A stretch of DNA of 64,000 nt from Yuukianura sp. NJ FZ-2021 (lineage: Eukaryota): positions 3,224,001 through 3,288,000 of the forward strand of contig CM102287.1 in assembly GCA_046563655.1 (NCBI GenBank), written 5' to 3'. Each line of letters begins with the position of its first letter. Position 1 is the first letter of the stretch. Below the pieces are notes generated by a model, which worked only from the letters and a program-made list of their open reading frames with translations, ran no database searches and had not been told where the DNA came from. Positions 41,201 to 52,626 of the stretch are shown in pieces. The translations under genes were made by a program, and so were the position numbers.

Positions 41201-44200
41201 TTTTTTTTCATTCAAAACTCCCCAAAAAGTCATTCTGAGCTTTCTGAGAACTGAAAATTGCACTCCGATATTTTGCCTCGGAAAGCCCATCTGAAGTGAA
41301 CCAAGCTCAATTTTTGTCAAAAAATCTTTTTTTTTCATTGAAAACTCCCCAAAAAGTCATTCTGAGCTTTCTGAGAACTGAAAATTGCACTCCGATATTT
41401 TGCCTCGGAAAGCCCATCTGAAGTGAACCAAGCTCAATTTTTGTCAAAAAATTCATTTTTTTCATTCAAAACTCCCCAAAAAGTCATTCTGAGCTTTCTG
41501 AGAACTGAAAATTGCACTCCGATATTTTGCCTCGGAAAGCCCATCTGAAGTGAACCAAGCTCAATTTTTGTCAAAAAATTCATTTTTTTCATTCAAAACT
41601 CCCCAAAAAGTCATTCTGAGCTTTCTGAGAACTGAAAATTGCACTCCGATATTTTGCCTCGGAAAGCCCATCTGAAGTGAACCAAGCTCAATTTTTGTCA
41701 AAAAATTCATTTTTTTCATTGAAAACTCCCCAAAAAGTCATTCTGAGCTTTCTGAGAACTGAAAATTGCACTCCGATATTTTGCCTCGGAAAGCCCATCT
41801 GAAGTGAACCAAGCTCAATTTTTGTCAAAAAATCTTTTTTTTTTCATTCAAAACTCCCCAAAAAGTCATTCTGAGCTTTCTGAGAACTGAAAATTGCACT
41901 CCGATATTTTGCCTCGGAAAGCCCATCTGAAGTGAACCAAGCTCAATTTTTGTCAAAAAATTCATTTTTTTCATTCAAAACTCCCCAAAAAGTCATTCTG
42001 AGCTTTCTGAGAACTGAAAATTGCACTCCGATATTTTGCCTCGGAAAGCCCATCTGAAGTGAACCAAGCTCAATTTTTGTCAAAAAATTTATTTGTTTCA
42101 TTGAAAACTCCCCAAAAAGTCATTCTGAGCTTTCTGAGAACTGAAAATTGCACTCCGATATTTTGCCTCGGAAAGCCCATCTGAAGTGAACCAAGCTCAA
42201 TTTTTGTCAAAAAATTCATTTTTTTCATTCAAAACTCCCCAAAAAGTCATTCTGAGCTTTCTGAGAACTGAAAATTGCACTCCGATATTTTGCCTCGGAA
42301 AGCCCATCTGAAGTGAACCAAGCTCAATTTTTGTCAAAAAATTCATTTTTTTCATTCAAAACTCCCCAAAAAGTCATTCTGAGCTTTCTGAGAACTGAAA
42401 ATTGCACTCCGATATTTTGCCTCGGAAAGCCCATCTGAAGTGAACCAAGCTCAATTTTTGTCAAAAAATTCATTTTTTTCATTCAAAACTCCCCAAAAAG
42501 TCATTCTGAGCTTTCTGAGAACTGAAAATTGCACTCCGATATTTTGCCTCGGAAAGCCCATCTGAAGTGAACCAAGCTCAATTTTTGTCAAAAAATTCAT
42601 ATGTTTCATTGAAAACTCCCCAAAAAGTCATTCTGAGCTTTCTGAGAACTGAAAATTGCACTCCGATATTTTGCCTCGGAAAGCCCATCTGAAGTGAACC
42701 AAGCTCAATTTTTGTCAAAAAATTCATTTTTTTCATTCAAAACTCCCCAAAAAGTCATTCTGAGCTTTCTGAGAACTGAAAATTGCACTCCGATATTTTG
42801 CCTCGGAAAGCCCATCTGAAGTGAACCAAGCTCAATTTTTGTCAAAAAATTCATTTGTTTCATTGAAAACTCCCCAAAAAGTCATTCTGAGCTTTCTGAG
42901 AACTGAAAATTGCACTCCGATATTTTGCCTCGGAAAGCCCATCTGAAGTGAACCAAGCTCAATTTTTGTCAAAAAATTCATTTGTTTCATTCAAAACTCT
43001 CCAAAAAGTCATTCTGAGCTTTCTGAGAACTGAAAATTGCACTCCGATATTTTGCCTCGGAAAGCCCATCTGAAGTGATTCAAGCTCAATTTTTGTCAAA
43101 AAATTCATTTTTTCATTCAAAACTCCCCAAAAAGTCATTCTGAGCTTTCTGAGAACTGAAAATTGCACTCCGATATTTTGCCTCGGAAAGCCCATCTGAA
43201 GTGAACCAAGCTCAATTTTTGTCAAAAAATTCATTTTTTTCATTCAAAACTCCCCAAAAAGTCATTCTGAGCTTTCTGAGAACTGAAAATTGCACTCCGA
43301 TATTTTGCCTCGGAAAGCCCATCTGAAGTGAACCAAGCTCAATTTTTGTCAAAAAATTCATTTGTTTCATTGAAAACTCCCCAAAAAGTCATTCTGAGCT
43401 TTCTGAGAACTGAAAATTGCACTCCGATATTTTGCCTCGGAAAGCCCATCTGAAGTGAACCAAGCTCAATTTTTGTCAAAAAATTCATTTTTTTTCATTC
43501 AAAACTCCCCAAAAAGTCATTCTGAGCTTTCTGAGAACTGAAAATTGCACTCCGATATTTTGCCTCGGAAAGCCCATCTGAAGTGAACCAAGCTCAATTT
43601 TTGTCAAAAAATTCATTTTTTTCATTCAAAACTCCCCAAAAAGTCATTCTGAGCTTTCTGAGAACTGAAAATTGCACTCCGATATTTTGCCTCGGAAAGC
43701 CCATCTGAAGTGAACCAAGCTCAATTTTTGTCAAAAAATTCATTTGTTTCATTGAAAACTCCCCAAAAAGTCATTCTGAGCTTTCTGAGAACTGAAAATT
43801 GCACTCCGATATTTTGCCTCGGAAAGCCCATCTGAAGTGAACCAAGCTCAATTTTTGTCAAAAAATTCATTTTTTTCATTCAAAACTCCCCAAAAAGTCA
43901 TTCTGAGCTTTCTGAGAACTGAAAATTGCACTCCGATATTTTGCCTCGGAAAGCCCATCTGAAGTGAACCAAGCTCAATTTTTGTCAAAAAATCTTTTTT
44001 TTCATTGAAAACTCCCCAAAAAGTCATTCTGAGCTTTCTGAGAACTGAAAATTGCACTCCGATATTTTGCCTCGGAAAGCCCATCTGAAGTGAACCAAGC
44101 TCAATTTTTGTCAAAAAATTCATTTTTTTCATTCAAAACTCCCCAAAAAGTCATTCTGAGCTTTCTGAGAACTGAAAATTGCACTCCGATATTTTGCCTC

Positions 44201-45055
44201 GGAAAGCCCATCTGAAGTGAACCAAGCTCAATTTTTGTCAAAAAATTCATTTGTTTCATTCAAAACTCTCCAAAAAGTCATTCTGAGCTTTCTGAGAACT
44301 GAAAATTGCACTCCGATATTTTGCCTCGGAAAGCCCATCTGAAGTGATTCAAGCTCAATTTTTGTCAAAAAATTCATTTTTTTCATTCAAAACTCCCCAA
44401 AAAGTCATTCTGAGCTTTCTGAGAACTGAAAATTGCACTCCGATATTTTGCCTCGGAAAGCCCATCTGAAGTGAACCAAGCTCAATTTTTGTCAAAAAAT
44501 TCATTTTTTTCATTCAAAACTCCCCAAAAAGTCATTCTGAGCTTTCTGAGAACTGAAAATTGCACTCCGATATTTTGCCTCGGAAAGCCCATCTGAAGTG
44601 AACCAAGCTCAATTTTTGTCAAAAAATTCATTTTTTTCATTCAAAACTCCCCAAAAAGTCATTCTGAGCTTTCTGAGAACTGAAAATTGCACTCCGATAT
44701 TTTGCCTCGGAAAGCCCATCTGAAGTGAACCAAGCTCAATTTTTGTCAAAAAATTCATTTTTTTCATTCAAAACTCCCCAAAAAGTCATTCTGAGCTTTC
44801 TGAGAACTGAAAATTGCACTCCGATATTTTGCCTCGGAAAGCCCATCTGAAGTGAACCAAGCTCAATTTTTGTCAAAAAATTCATTTTTTTCATTCAAAA
44901 CTCCCCAAAAAGTCATTCTGAGCTTTCTGAGAACTGAAAATTGCACTCCGATATTTTGCCTCGGAAAGCCCATCTGAAGTGAACCAAGCTCAATTTTTGT
45001 CAAAAAATTCATTTTTTTCATTCAAAACTCCCCAAAAAGTCATTCTGAGCTTTCT
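2266..45055. repeat. Satellite DNA array, 127-bp monomer, ~337 head-to-tail copies
   Basis: Consensus is gcccatctgaagtgaaccaagctcaatttttgtcaaaaaattcatttttttcattcaaaactccccaaaaagtcattctgagctttctgagaactgaaaattgcactccgatattttgcctcggaaa (127 nt counted; 126-129 with T-tract indels). It is uninterrupted and in one orientation up to the N gap; 42790/127 is about 337. Confidence 0.99.
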
Positions 45056-45155
45056 NNNNNNNNNNNNNNNNNNNNNNNNNNNNNNNNNNNNNNNNNNNNN
45101 NNNNNNNNNNNNNNNNNNNNNNNNNNNNNNNNNNNNNNNNNNNNNNNNNNNNNNN
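45056..45155. other. Assembly gap (100 N, nominal size)
   Basis: Exactly 100 N, a common placeholder for a gap of unknown size. Confidence 0.99.
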
Positions 45156-47512
45156 GAGAACAAACCACATACATACTGCCTTACTACACAAAAACTGATT
45201 CAGTTGAACTAAAATTTTTAGCAAGTTCTATTCAAGTTTTAAGCAAACGGGTTTTAGAAACTTCAAAAAAAAACAGGGAAAAAATTATTTTTTTGGTTCC
45301 TTTCCATGCGATTGCCTGAAATGCGAGAATTAAATTTCACAGATTCGTGCTGCGATCAAGAAATGTTAGGCTAAGCAATTACGTTGAGATGATTTTTTTG
45401 TGTTAGGTTAGTATTAGGTTGCGTTGTTTTTGTGTTAGGTTAGTATTAGGTTAAGGGTTGATTGAAAAAGGCGTTGCTTTTTGGTTGCGAGAGTCAGTTG
45501 TGGTGGGTTTGGCACTAATGGGGATTTGATTAGTCTCCCATTACACTTCAACCTAGTCAGAAAAAAAGTTAGAGAAAGTTAGGCTAGAAAAAAGGAAAAT
45601 CGACTGAGATTTTTGGCAAAAGCGACCTTTGACATCATTCTGCACAATTCCGAGTCAAGATATGAACCGATTGTGCAAATGCGAAAACTGTTTTGTGCTA
45701 AAAAAGAAAGTTTTTGGACTTAGGGCAAAAATGGTGACGAAAAACAACAGCCGCGATAGAACTTTCTCCACAAAAAGCAAGTTTTTTTTGTCTCCTTTTG
45801 AAGTGGAGGAAGATCTTTGGCGAACTTTTTAAAAGTGCTGACATCAGTCTGTTTGGAAACAAAATGAAAAAAGAAAGTTTTCTCATCATCCCGAACTTAG
45901 CACCAAACACTTCACATCATCATTAGCAATAGCTCCACTTTCCACATTCATTACTTTCTTATTTTCAAAATTTCAAAAAAACACATTTTTCAGAAATTCT
46001 GAAATCTTAAAAAGCCGTTCGTAAAATAAAAATTTTCAGGGCCCAGACTTTCTCCATCAAAAAACGTAGAGAAAGCTTGCACAAATTAATAAACTTTTTT
46101 TTAAAGAATTTTTTTTTCTCAAACTTTTTTCGAAAATATTTTCAGCAGAGCTTCAAAATTTGAGCTAATCAAAACATTCCATTGTAAACCCTTAATTAAA
46201 AAGATTTTGAACTTTCCCGCTTATAAATTAATTAAAAATTATGCACACTACTAATCAACGCATATCACAATCAACTTCCTTTGAACTTTCTCTCAACTCT
46301 AAAAGTAAAAGTTAGCTTTTTAAGCTCAAAAACCCAAAAGTTAAAACGAAGCGAGGAACCTTTTGAAATTGAAATTTTGGCGGCGGAATTGAAATTTTTG
46401 GAATATCTTTGGTTTGACTTTGGCTCCTTTTAAGCGTATTCCATCTTCGGAGAAAGTTGATTTCGGAGAGAATGATTCTCCCTCTCAGTATTTCCCTTAA
46501 GGAACTTTCTCTTGCTCTTGAAAATGTTAGGCTAACATTTTAAAACCTAACATTTGTTGGTTAGAGTTCCAAGGCGCGTATTTCCTATTCAAAATCCCCC
46601 TTTCTCCACCCGACTTCAAATTCAGTGAGGCATGAATAGTAGATTAAGGTTCTAGTGTACAAAACCAACCTAACCTAAAAACCTAGCTTGCTTTTCCATA
46701 ATTTTGGCGAGTCAGGGATTAAGGTCGCTCGAAGTTAGGCTAGAAGTCTAAGTTAGGTTAGTAGCCTAAGTTAGGCTAGTAGCCTAACGTAGTCAGGAGA
46801 AGAAAGTCTCTGGGCGCTAGTAACGTTAGAGACACAAGACAAAGGAGATTAGGGTAGATGGGAATAGGGATTGACTATTGTTAAATTAGGAAATTAGGAT
46901 AGGAAAGTTAGGCTAACTTTAGGTTTTGGTTAGGTTTTGGTTAAAGTCAATACCCTATGGACAAACTCCGCACATTGCCAAATCCAAAGAGCTCTTGACA
47001 ATAATGAAGTTTGAGGTAAGGACAAGACTTGGGATTTGGTGGGATTAGAAGATTTGGAAAGTCTAACCTGAAGTAAAGCAAAGTTCGCTTTCACTCTATG
47101 TTGTCATGTTTTCGAAATTTTGAAAAAAGGATTCAAAAAAGTTGCAAAGAAGGCTTTCCCTAACAAACGTGACTCAATGCGAAATGTTTGATGAATCGGG
47201 CTGTAAACCGGAAAAATTCGAGTTTCGAAACGTTAGAATTTTTCTCATCCTGTAAAAATTTATAAATTCTAAAAACCTGCCATTTTTTTTATTTGAATTC
47301 TGCAGTTTAGGTTTGGAATCAGGGATTAGTCTCAACACAAAAATTTTTTAAAAAATTGCAAACTTTTAAAAACTGGAATCTTTTGGCTAAACTAATTGAG
47401 TTTTCTATGATACAGAAAACAATAGAGTTTAGTCTTCCCGCTGCCAAAAACTAATTAAGTCTCTTCCAGATTAATTTGGGTATTAGCGTTCCATGTAACT
47501 AGGATCTAGCTA

Positions 47513-47552
47513 GGATGCTGGATGCTGGATGCTGAATGCTGAATGCTGGATG
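47513..47552. repeat. 7-bp microsatellite (GGATGCT/GAATGCT), ~5.7 copies
   Basis: ggatgct ggatgct ggatgct gaatgct gaatgct ggatg read directly. Confidence 0.85.
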
Positions 47553-47749
47553 GGTTTCGAAGAATACAGACAATGGACAGTATCCAGGACATTGGAAAAC
47601 AATAGATTTCCAAATCCAGCAGTAGATAGGATTAGCGTCCATGCCCAAACGTGGTTTCTCTTCAGAATCCACAAGCAATGCTCCCCACGACCCAATTTTG
47701 AACCTCTCTGTCCAATTTTCTAAAGGAATCAATGGCTTTTCACCAGTAC

Positions 47750-47806
47750 TACTGAAAGTATATACTGGAATACTGGAATACTGGCAGTATATCCTGGAAT
47801 ACTGGG
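47750..47806. repeat. Degenerate 8-bp tandem repeat (TACTGGAA)
   Basis: tactgaaa..tactggaa tactggaa tactggca..tcctggaa tactggga. Confidence 0.7.
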
Positions 47807-50687
47807 AGTTGGAGCTTCAAATGGTTGAATTTGGATCAGTGTAAGAGTGGAAGTTGGAAGAAGTAGACAATGGATAATTTAAAGGAGAAAGTATAATGGA
47901 AGTTGGCACACTGCTGGAGCTCTGCTTTCTCCATCAACGAAAGTTGTAAGTTCCTGGAGAACTGGAGTGCTGGTTCTGAATGTTAATTAATGAGAATTAA
48001 TTCCCATGCTCCCTCTGCCTATCGGCTCCAATAAGACTAATGTAATTGACACATAATTCTAAATCCGCTTGATTAAACACTCACTCACATGCGTGTGAGA
48101 GAGAGAAAAGAGGAGAGAAAAAGAGTAGTAGCAAGCAGTATGAGAGAAAAAAAAAGAGACGGAGAGAGAAAGAACGGGAGAAAACAAAGAAAAAGAGAAA
48201 AGAAATTGATTTTTTGAAATTTTATTACTTACTGCTGCAACTCAATAAAATTTTGAGAGTTAATAAAATTAAGGTTTTGAAGTTTTCTAAAAGTTTTATT
48301 ACGGGTGTTAAAGAACTATTTATAACTGCTTTTCAAAATCGATTACTTAAGAAATTTAGAAAAGAGCAAATTGCTTTCTCCCTATCCGTTTTTTTTCAAA
48401 AAAGTGAAAATTTAGATAATTTAAAAGTCTGGGAGCGTGAGAATTTGAGTGTTCGGAAGACGGTTGGTTTGGAGTTGGAGAAAGTTGGTGAAAGTGAATT
48501 AATTGGGCATGATTGGAGTGACAGCGTTTAATTGCCCATTAAAAAACACGTTCTCAACCAAGAGGCCCTTTTTCCATAGTCAAGGGCTCCCTAGGGACAT
48601 TTTCGAAAATTAAAATTTAAAAAAATTTTAAATTACAAACTTTATTTTTTAAGTAGCAAAAGCTACTTTATGGAACGATTTTGTCTGTCTGTCTGACCGG
48701 CTGTTTCTGCGTTTTGATTTAATGTTGGATAATGCTTTTCCCATTTTGGTTAGTTTTTTTTTTCTAAAAAGTTAGGTTCTGATTAGCTATTTTTTTGGAA
48801 CATAAATTATTGTTGAAAGGACAGAACATGTTATTGTTGTCACTGTTGACGTGAGTTATGAAGGGAGTCAATAGGCTCATTCATCTTCCAGATAATTTAT
48901 TGTCCACTTTCCCACGTCCTAAGGTAAATCGAAAGATTCTTTTAGTTAGCTTAACCCAACCTTTGACCTTTTGATCTCTTTTTTTTTGAAAAACTTTTTC
49001 GAAATCAAACATTACAGCCAAAACCAAACCAAAGACGATACTTTCTACTTTAAGTAAAACTGAAAATGTTAACTTAATCTAACCGAGTTCCTTTGGGATT
49101 CTTCCACTTCAAATCCCAATCAACTTAATTAACTTCATACAACTCTCTCTTCAAAACCAAAAAACTCCGTTGTAAGAGACTCAGAGAAATTTTTAGAAAA
49201 AGTACACTTGAGTTTAGATTTTTAGAAAAAATGTTGAATTTAGGGTTTGGAAAAGAGAAAAGATTGAAGTAGAACTGAAGCGGAAGGAGGACTGCTTTAG
49301 GTTGAGTGATTTTGTTCGTACCAGCAGAGCACAGTCTCAAGATGGAGAGCTTTGGCTTAAGAGCCATTTCATTTAAAAAAAAACTCGTTTTTTAAAAAAA
49401 AAGAAAGTAAAATTGAAAAGTTTAGTCAAGTGAAATTGTATTCTGATTTAATGTGGGAGGGAGAAAGGGAGGGGTACTGGCTTATTTCTTTAAAAAAACG
49501 AAAGCCTTTCAACAAAATCGTTCCGCAAGATACTCCCTTTGTCCCTTTCAGCTTTCACTCTTAAGAATGTGTTGTTTTTTTTTTTTTTGAAAATTTTGAA
49601 AATTTTTTTTTAACTTTGCAAATGCAAATCTAGTCAAATCCTTTAAAATTTTGAGAATTTCGATAAACCTAGAAACACTAAAACAAAACAAAACAAAAAT
49701 ACGGCATCTTTGGTAGAATGAAAAAGTAGCTTTCGCTACTTTAATAAGGCCTCATTGCACTTTTAATGCAGTTAAATTTTTTTAAAATATAAAAAATCAA
49801 CATATTTGGAAAAAATGTAACGTGATACAAAAGATTAAAAGTTTTTTAATTACCAATGTCAGAGAGACTGTGATGAAAGCAGAGAAAGACTAAAATTAGA
49901 CGCAGCACAAAATCTTCCATTTTCCTCGCTTTGTTCAAGTAAACAAATTTTTGTCAAATTTTTAGAAAAATTTTAATGAAGCACTTGGAAATCTCTCAAA
50001 CATTTGAAAATTCTGTCTAAACTGTAACAAATCCGAAGTCAAAAAAGCTCACTCTCACTTTTGTAACAACTGTAAAAGTTAAATTAATCTAACGTCTGTA
50101 CAATGACAAAGGTCAAACTTTATCTATTGGAATAGCCACACTAACTTGACTAACTTTTTTAAAAAATAAGTTAGTTTTTTTTAAATCACTTGTGCAGCAA
50201 GATTTAGGTGACTTTAGTTTAGGTTTTGGTAAGATGTTGCTCCGGTGCGAGAAAGAAAGCGAATGAGGGAGAAAATCTTGTAGTGGAGAAAATATGAACG
50301 TTTTCTCCCTCCAAACTTTGAAACTTTCTCCCCTTTACACCGTTACACCTTCCTGTTTTTGCAAATTCCACAAAACAGAAAATGTTGGCATAAAACTGTA
50401 GTTTACTAAGAATTACTCAGGCAAATAAGTTGTAGAATTGAATTAAGCTAGGTAAGAGGTACTCTTGAATACTAAAGTTGCATAAATGTTTGTACAAATG
50501 TGAAAATTATCAGGAATTCTATAAGCAAAACCTATTTTGAGTGACTACGATAACTAAAAGCAGAAAAATATAGTAAAGACCTCGAAGAAGAAAGTTACAC
50601 ATAATACTTGGTGTTACATAACATACTGGAAAATACTTGACGTTATAACGAAAACTTCTGAGAAGTGAAGATACAGCGATGCTGATA

Positions 50688-51864
50688 CTATTGTCGCTGT
50701 GTACGGGCGTTCTTGCGACATTGATGTTCGTGTTCCAACAAAGTACGGAAGCACATTGCGGCTTCTTGTACTGGCATCCTGACATACGAATTGATCAGTG
50801 CCTCCATGGCTCCTTTCTTCAAGTTGCGGAAGAAGATGGATTCAATAGCTTTGGCATTGATGGTGCTAAATGACCAAAAAACAGTAAGGACAAAGTTAAC
50901 TTGTTAACGTTGTTAAAGTTAACCCAAGTATTATATTGATTACTCACCGAAGCATAGGCAAAAGCAAAAGGACATCAAGAATTCGACGACCTAATTGCTG
51001 ACGAATCATTGTCCCAATAGGATTCGGAACTCCGACAGGAATGCTGTACTTGTGCAGTTGGTCCAGAACGGCCTTATGAAAACTATTGACGATCGTAATA
51101 GTGTCCGGACCAAATTCGGCTACACGATCTGAAACATAAGAATACCGTATGTCTACTGTTGTTTCGTAATTAGAAGTTTAAGTTAACTTTTGTGGTCGTG
51201 AACGTTGGTTTACCGGAACTGGTTAGAGCCAACAGCTTCAAGGCTTCGTATTCATAGGTGTCCAGATTGAATTGTTGCAAAGTACAACAAATCATTGTGA
51301 ACTTGCTAATTAGTTCATCCAGCTTCGAACCTTTGCCTGGACCAAGAGCTTTCTCAACCTTCGAGCCGTAGCGGAATTGCGAGGAGCGCATGAGATGTTC
51401 AGCTGAGACGGAACTGTGGGAATACTCGGCAAATGAAACGATGAACAAATCACTCCAGGCGGAACCAATCAACGAAGTCTGGATGTCTGGTCTGAAAATG
51501 TCAAATCAAGTTCATGACTTTGTTTAAAAGTAATGTACGAAGTGGTAATCGATGTCCAACGTTACCTGAGTTGGCTAAGGGACGAAATGGCGCGTGTCCA
51601 GTGTACTGCGAATTGGAGGATGGTTATGCCTCCTGAGTTGACTGCTGCCATGTAGTCAGGTACGATGATAGCTACTGGCAACTGTGCCGCAACCAGTGGT
51701 GACATTGTTTCGTCCAAATCCGAACAATGTTGACCGGGACGCGGAGGCTGTGGACGAGGTGGACGAGCTTCGCTGTCATCACGATAAACTACCCGACACA
51801 TCCGTGTTTCGTTCGCTTCCACTTCTTCGACGAATTCAACTTCCGAGTCTGACTCGATCTCCAT
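50688..51864 (-). CDS. Nuclear receptor ligand-binding-domain protein, NR2C/D (TR2/TR4/Hr78)-like, ~311 aa, no DNA-binding domain; exons 51864-51566, 51491-51214, 51128-50948, 50865-50688
   Basis: Four exons joined by GT-AG introns of 74, 85 and 82 nt total 936 nt in frame to TAG. The product has LBD motifs: H3-H5 'ILQFAVHWTRAISSLSQLRPDIQTSLIGSAWSDLFIVSFAE', H7-H8 'CTLQQFNLDTYEYEALKLLALTSSD', and H10-H12 'RRILDVLLLLPMLRTINAKAIESIFFRNLKKGAMEALINSYVRM'. These resemble TR4/Hr78 as I recall them (HWARSIP.F..L...TSLVRACWNELF; IDGYEYAYLKAIVLFSPD; LLLRLPALR...EELFF). Confidence 0.88.
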
Positions 51865-52541
51865 GTTTTACTATCGTCGTTACTTAATTGTTAATTACTA
51901 ATTAATCAATTTAAACCGTAAGTTTGGTAAAAATCCGTGCCAACAGTTCTGACAAAAGTAACGGTGTCCGCAAATTACTCCAAAAAAAAAGACCACACAC
52001 GGTCTGCGTCCGTCGAAATGCAAAAATAAAAAAAATCCAAGACAAAGGAATTCGCAACTGCGCATGATTGGCGCAAAGATCGGCATCTGAACAGAAAAAA
52101 TGGTTTTTCTTTGTTTGTGGTTGACAAAAACAAAATGTAGATCCATTGTAACAGTAGGGTTTTGACGTAAACGGGCAAGCTAATTTTGAACATATCACGA
52201 GCCATCACGCTTTTGTTTTAATTTGTGTCGTTTAATTACTTTGCAACACATTAGAAATTAAATTATATGTAATGTATTTCTGTGAGATTGTACAACTTTT
52301 CAACACATTCTACATTACATTACTTTGTACATTGTACTTTCCTGTACTGCACACTACGCTATATTCTACTTGCAATAAATTGTTGCATTTGCATAATTTT
52401 TGAAAACTAAACTGACATTGGCAATAGTATCGTAAAAACATTTGTAAACACTAAACAGCAATGGGTTAGTAATAAAACGGGTTGGCTTTTTATGTGGCTA
52501 CAATAATGGAATGCCTGCCTCACTCCAACTAAATCAAAATG

Positions 52542-52626
52542 GTCACGTGTGCTGTGACGTAATAGAGCGGCAATTAACAGTTAGTAATTTATCAAGGTCA
52601 ACTTCGTCAGCTGATGAAGGTCAGTC
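52542..52626 (+). promoter_or_regulatory. Candidate promoter motif cluster (E-box/CLEAR-like, CRE-like, two AGGTCA half-sites, Inr-like TCAGTC)
   Basis: GTCACGTG at 52542-52549, TGACGTAAT at 52555-52563, AGGTCA at ~52595 and ~52618, TCAGTC at 52621-52626. It lies between the divergent NR and membrane-protein genes. Motif match only. Confidence 0.35.

Noticed and set aside
2266..45055. CRISPR-like array (conserved repeat plus variable segment)
   Set aside because: The variable segment is a small set of related T-rich variants, not unique spacers. The context is eukaryotic with introns, and no cas genes are present.
2260..45224. Dozens of ORFs (…FLTKIELGSLQMGFPRQNIGVQFSVLRKLRMTFWGVLNE…) in the array
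   Set aside because: They are translations of the 127-bp satellite. The unit is not a multiple of 3, and ORF length depends only on T-tract indels.
48095..48205. GA-rich purine tract
   Set aside because: Ordinary low-complexity sequence. A GAGA-factor or triplex role cannot be supported from sequence alone.
45629..50519. Short ORFs in the AT-rich region after the gap
   Set aside because: Low-complexity K/F/L-rich or microsatellite-derived translations with no coherent splice structure or domain.
51898..52208. Cys-containing minus-strand ORFs upstream of the NR gene as the missing DNA-binding domain
   Set aside because: They lack C4 zinc-finger spacing and a P-box (CxxCKxFFxR), are Phe-rich from T-tracts, and are separated from the LBD ORF by an in-frame stop.
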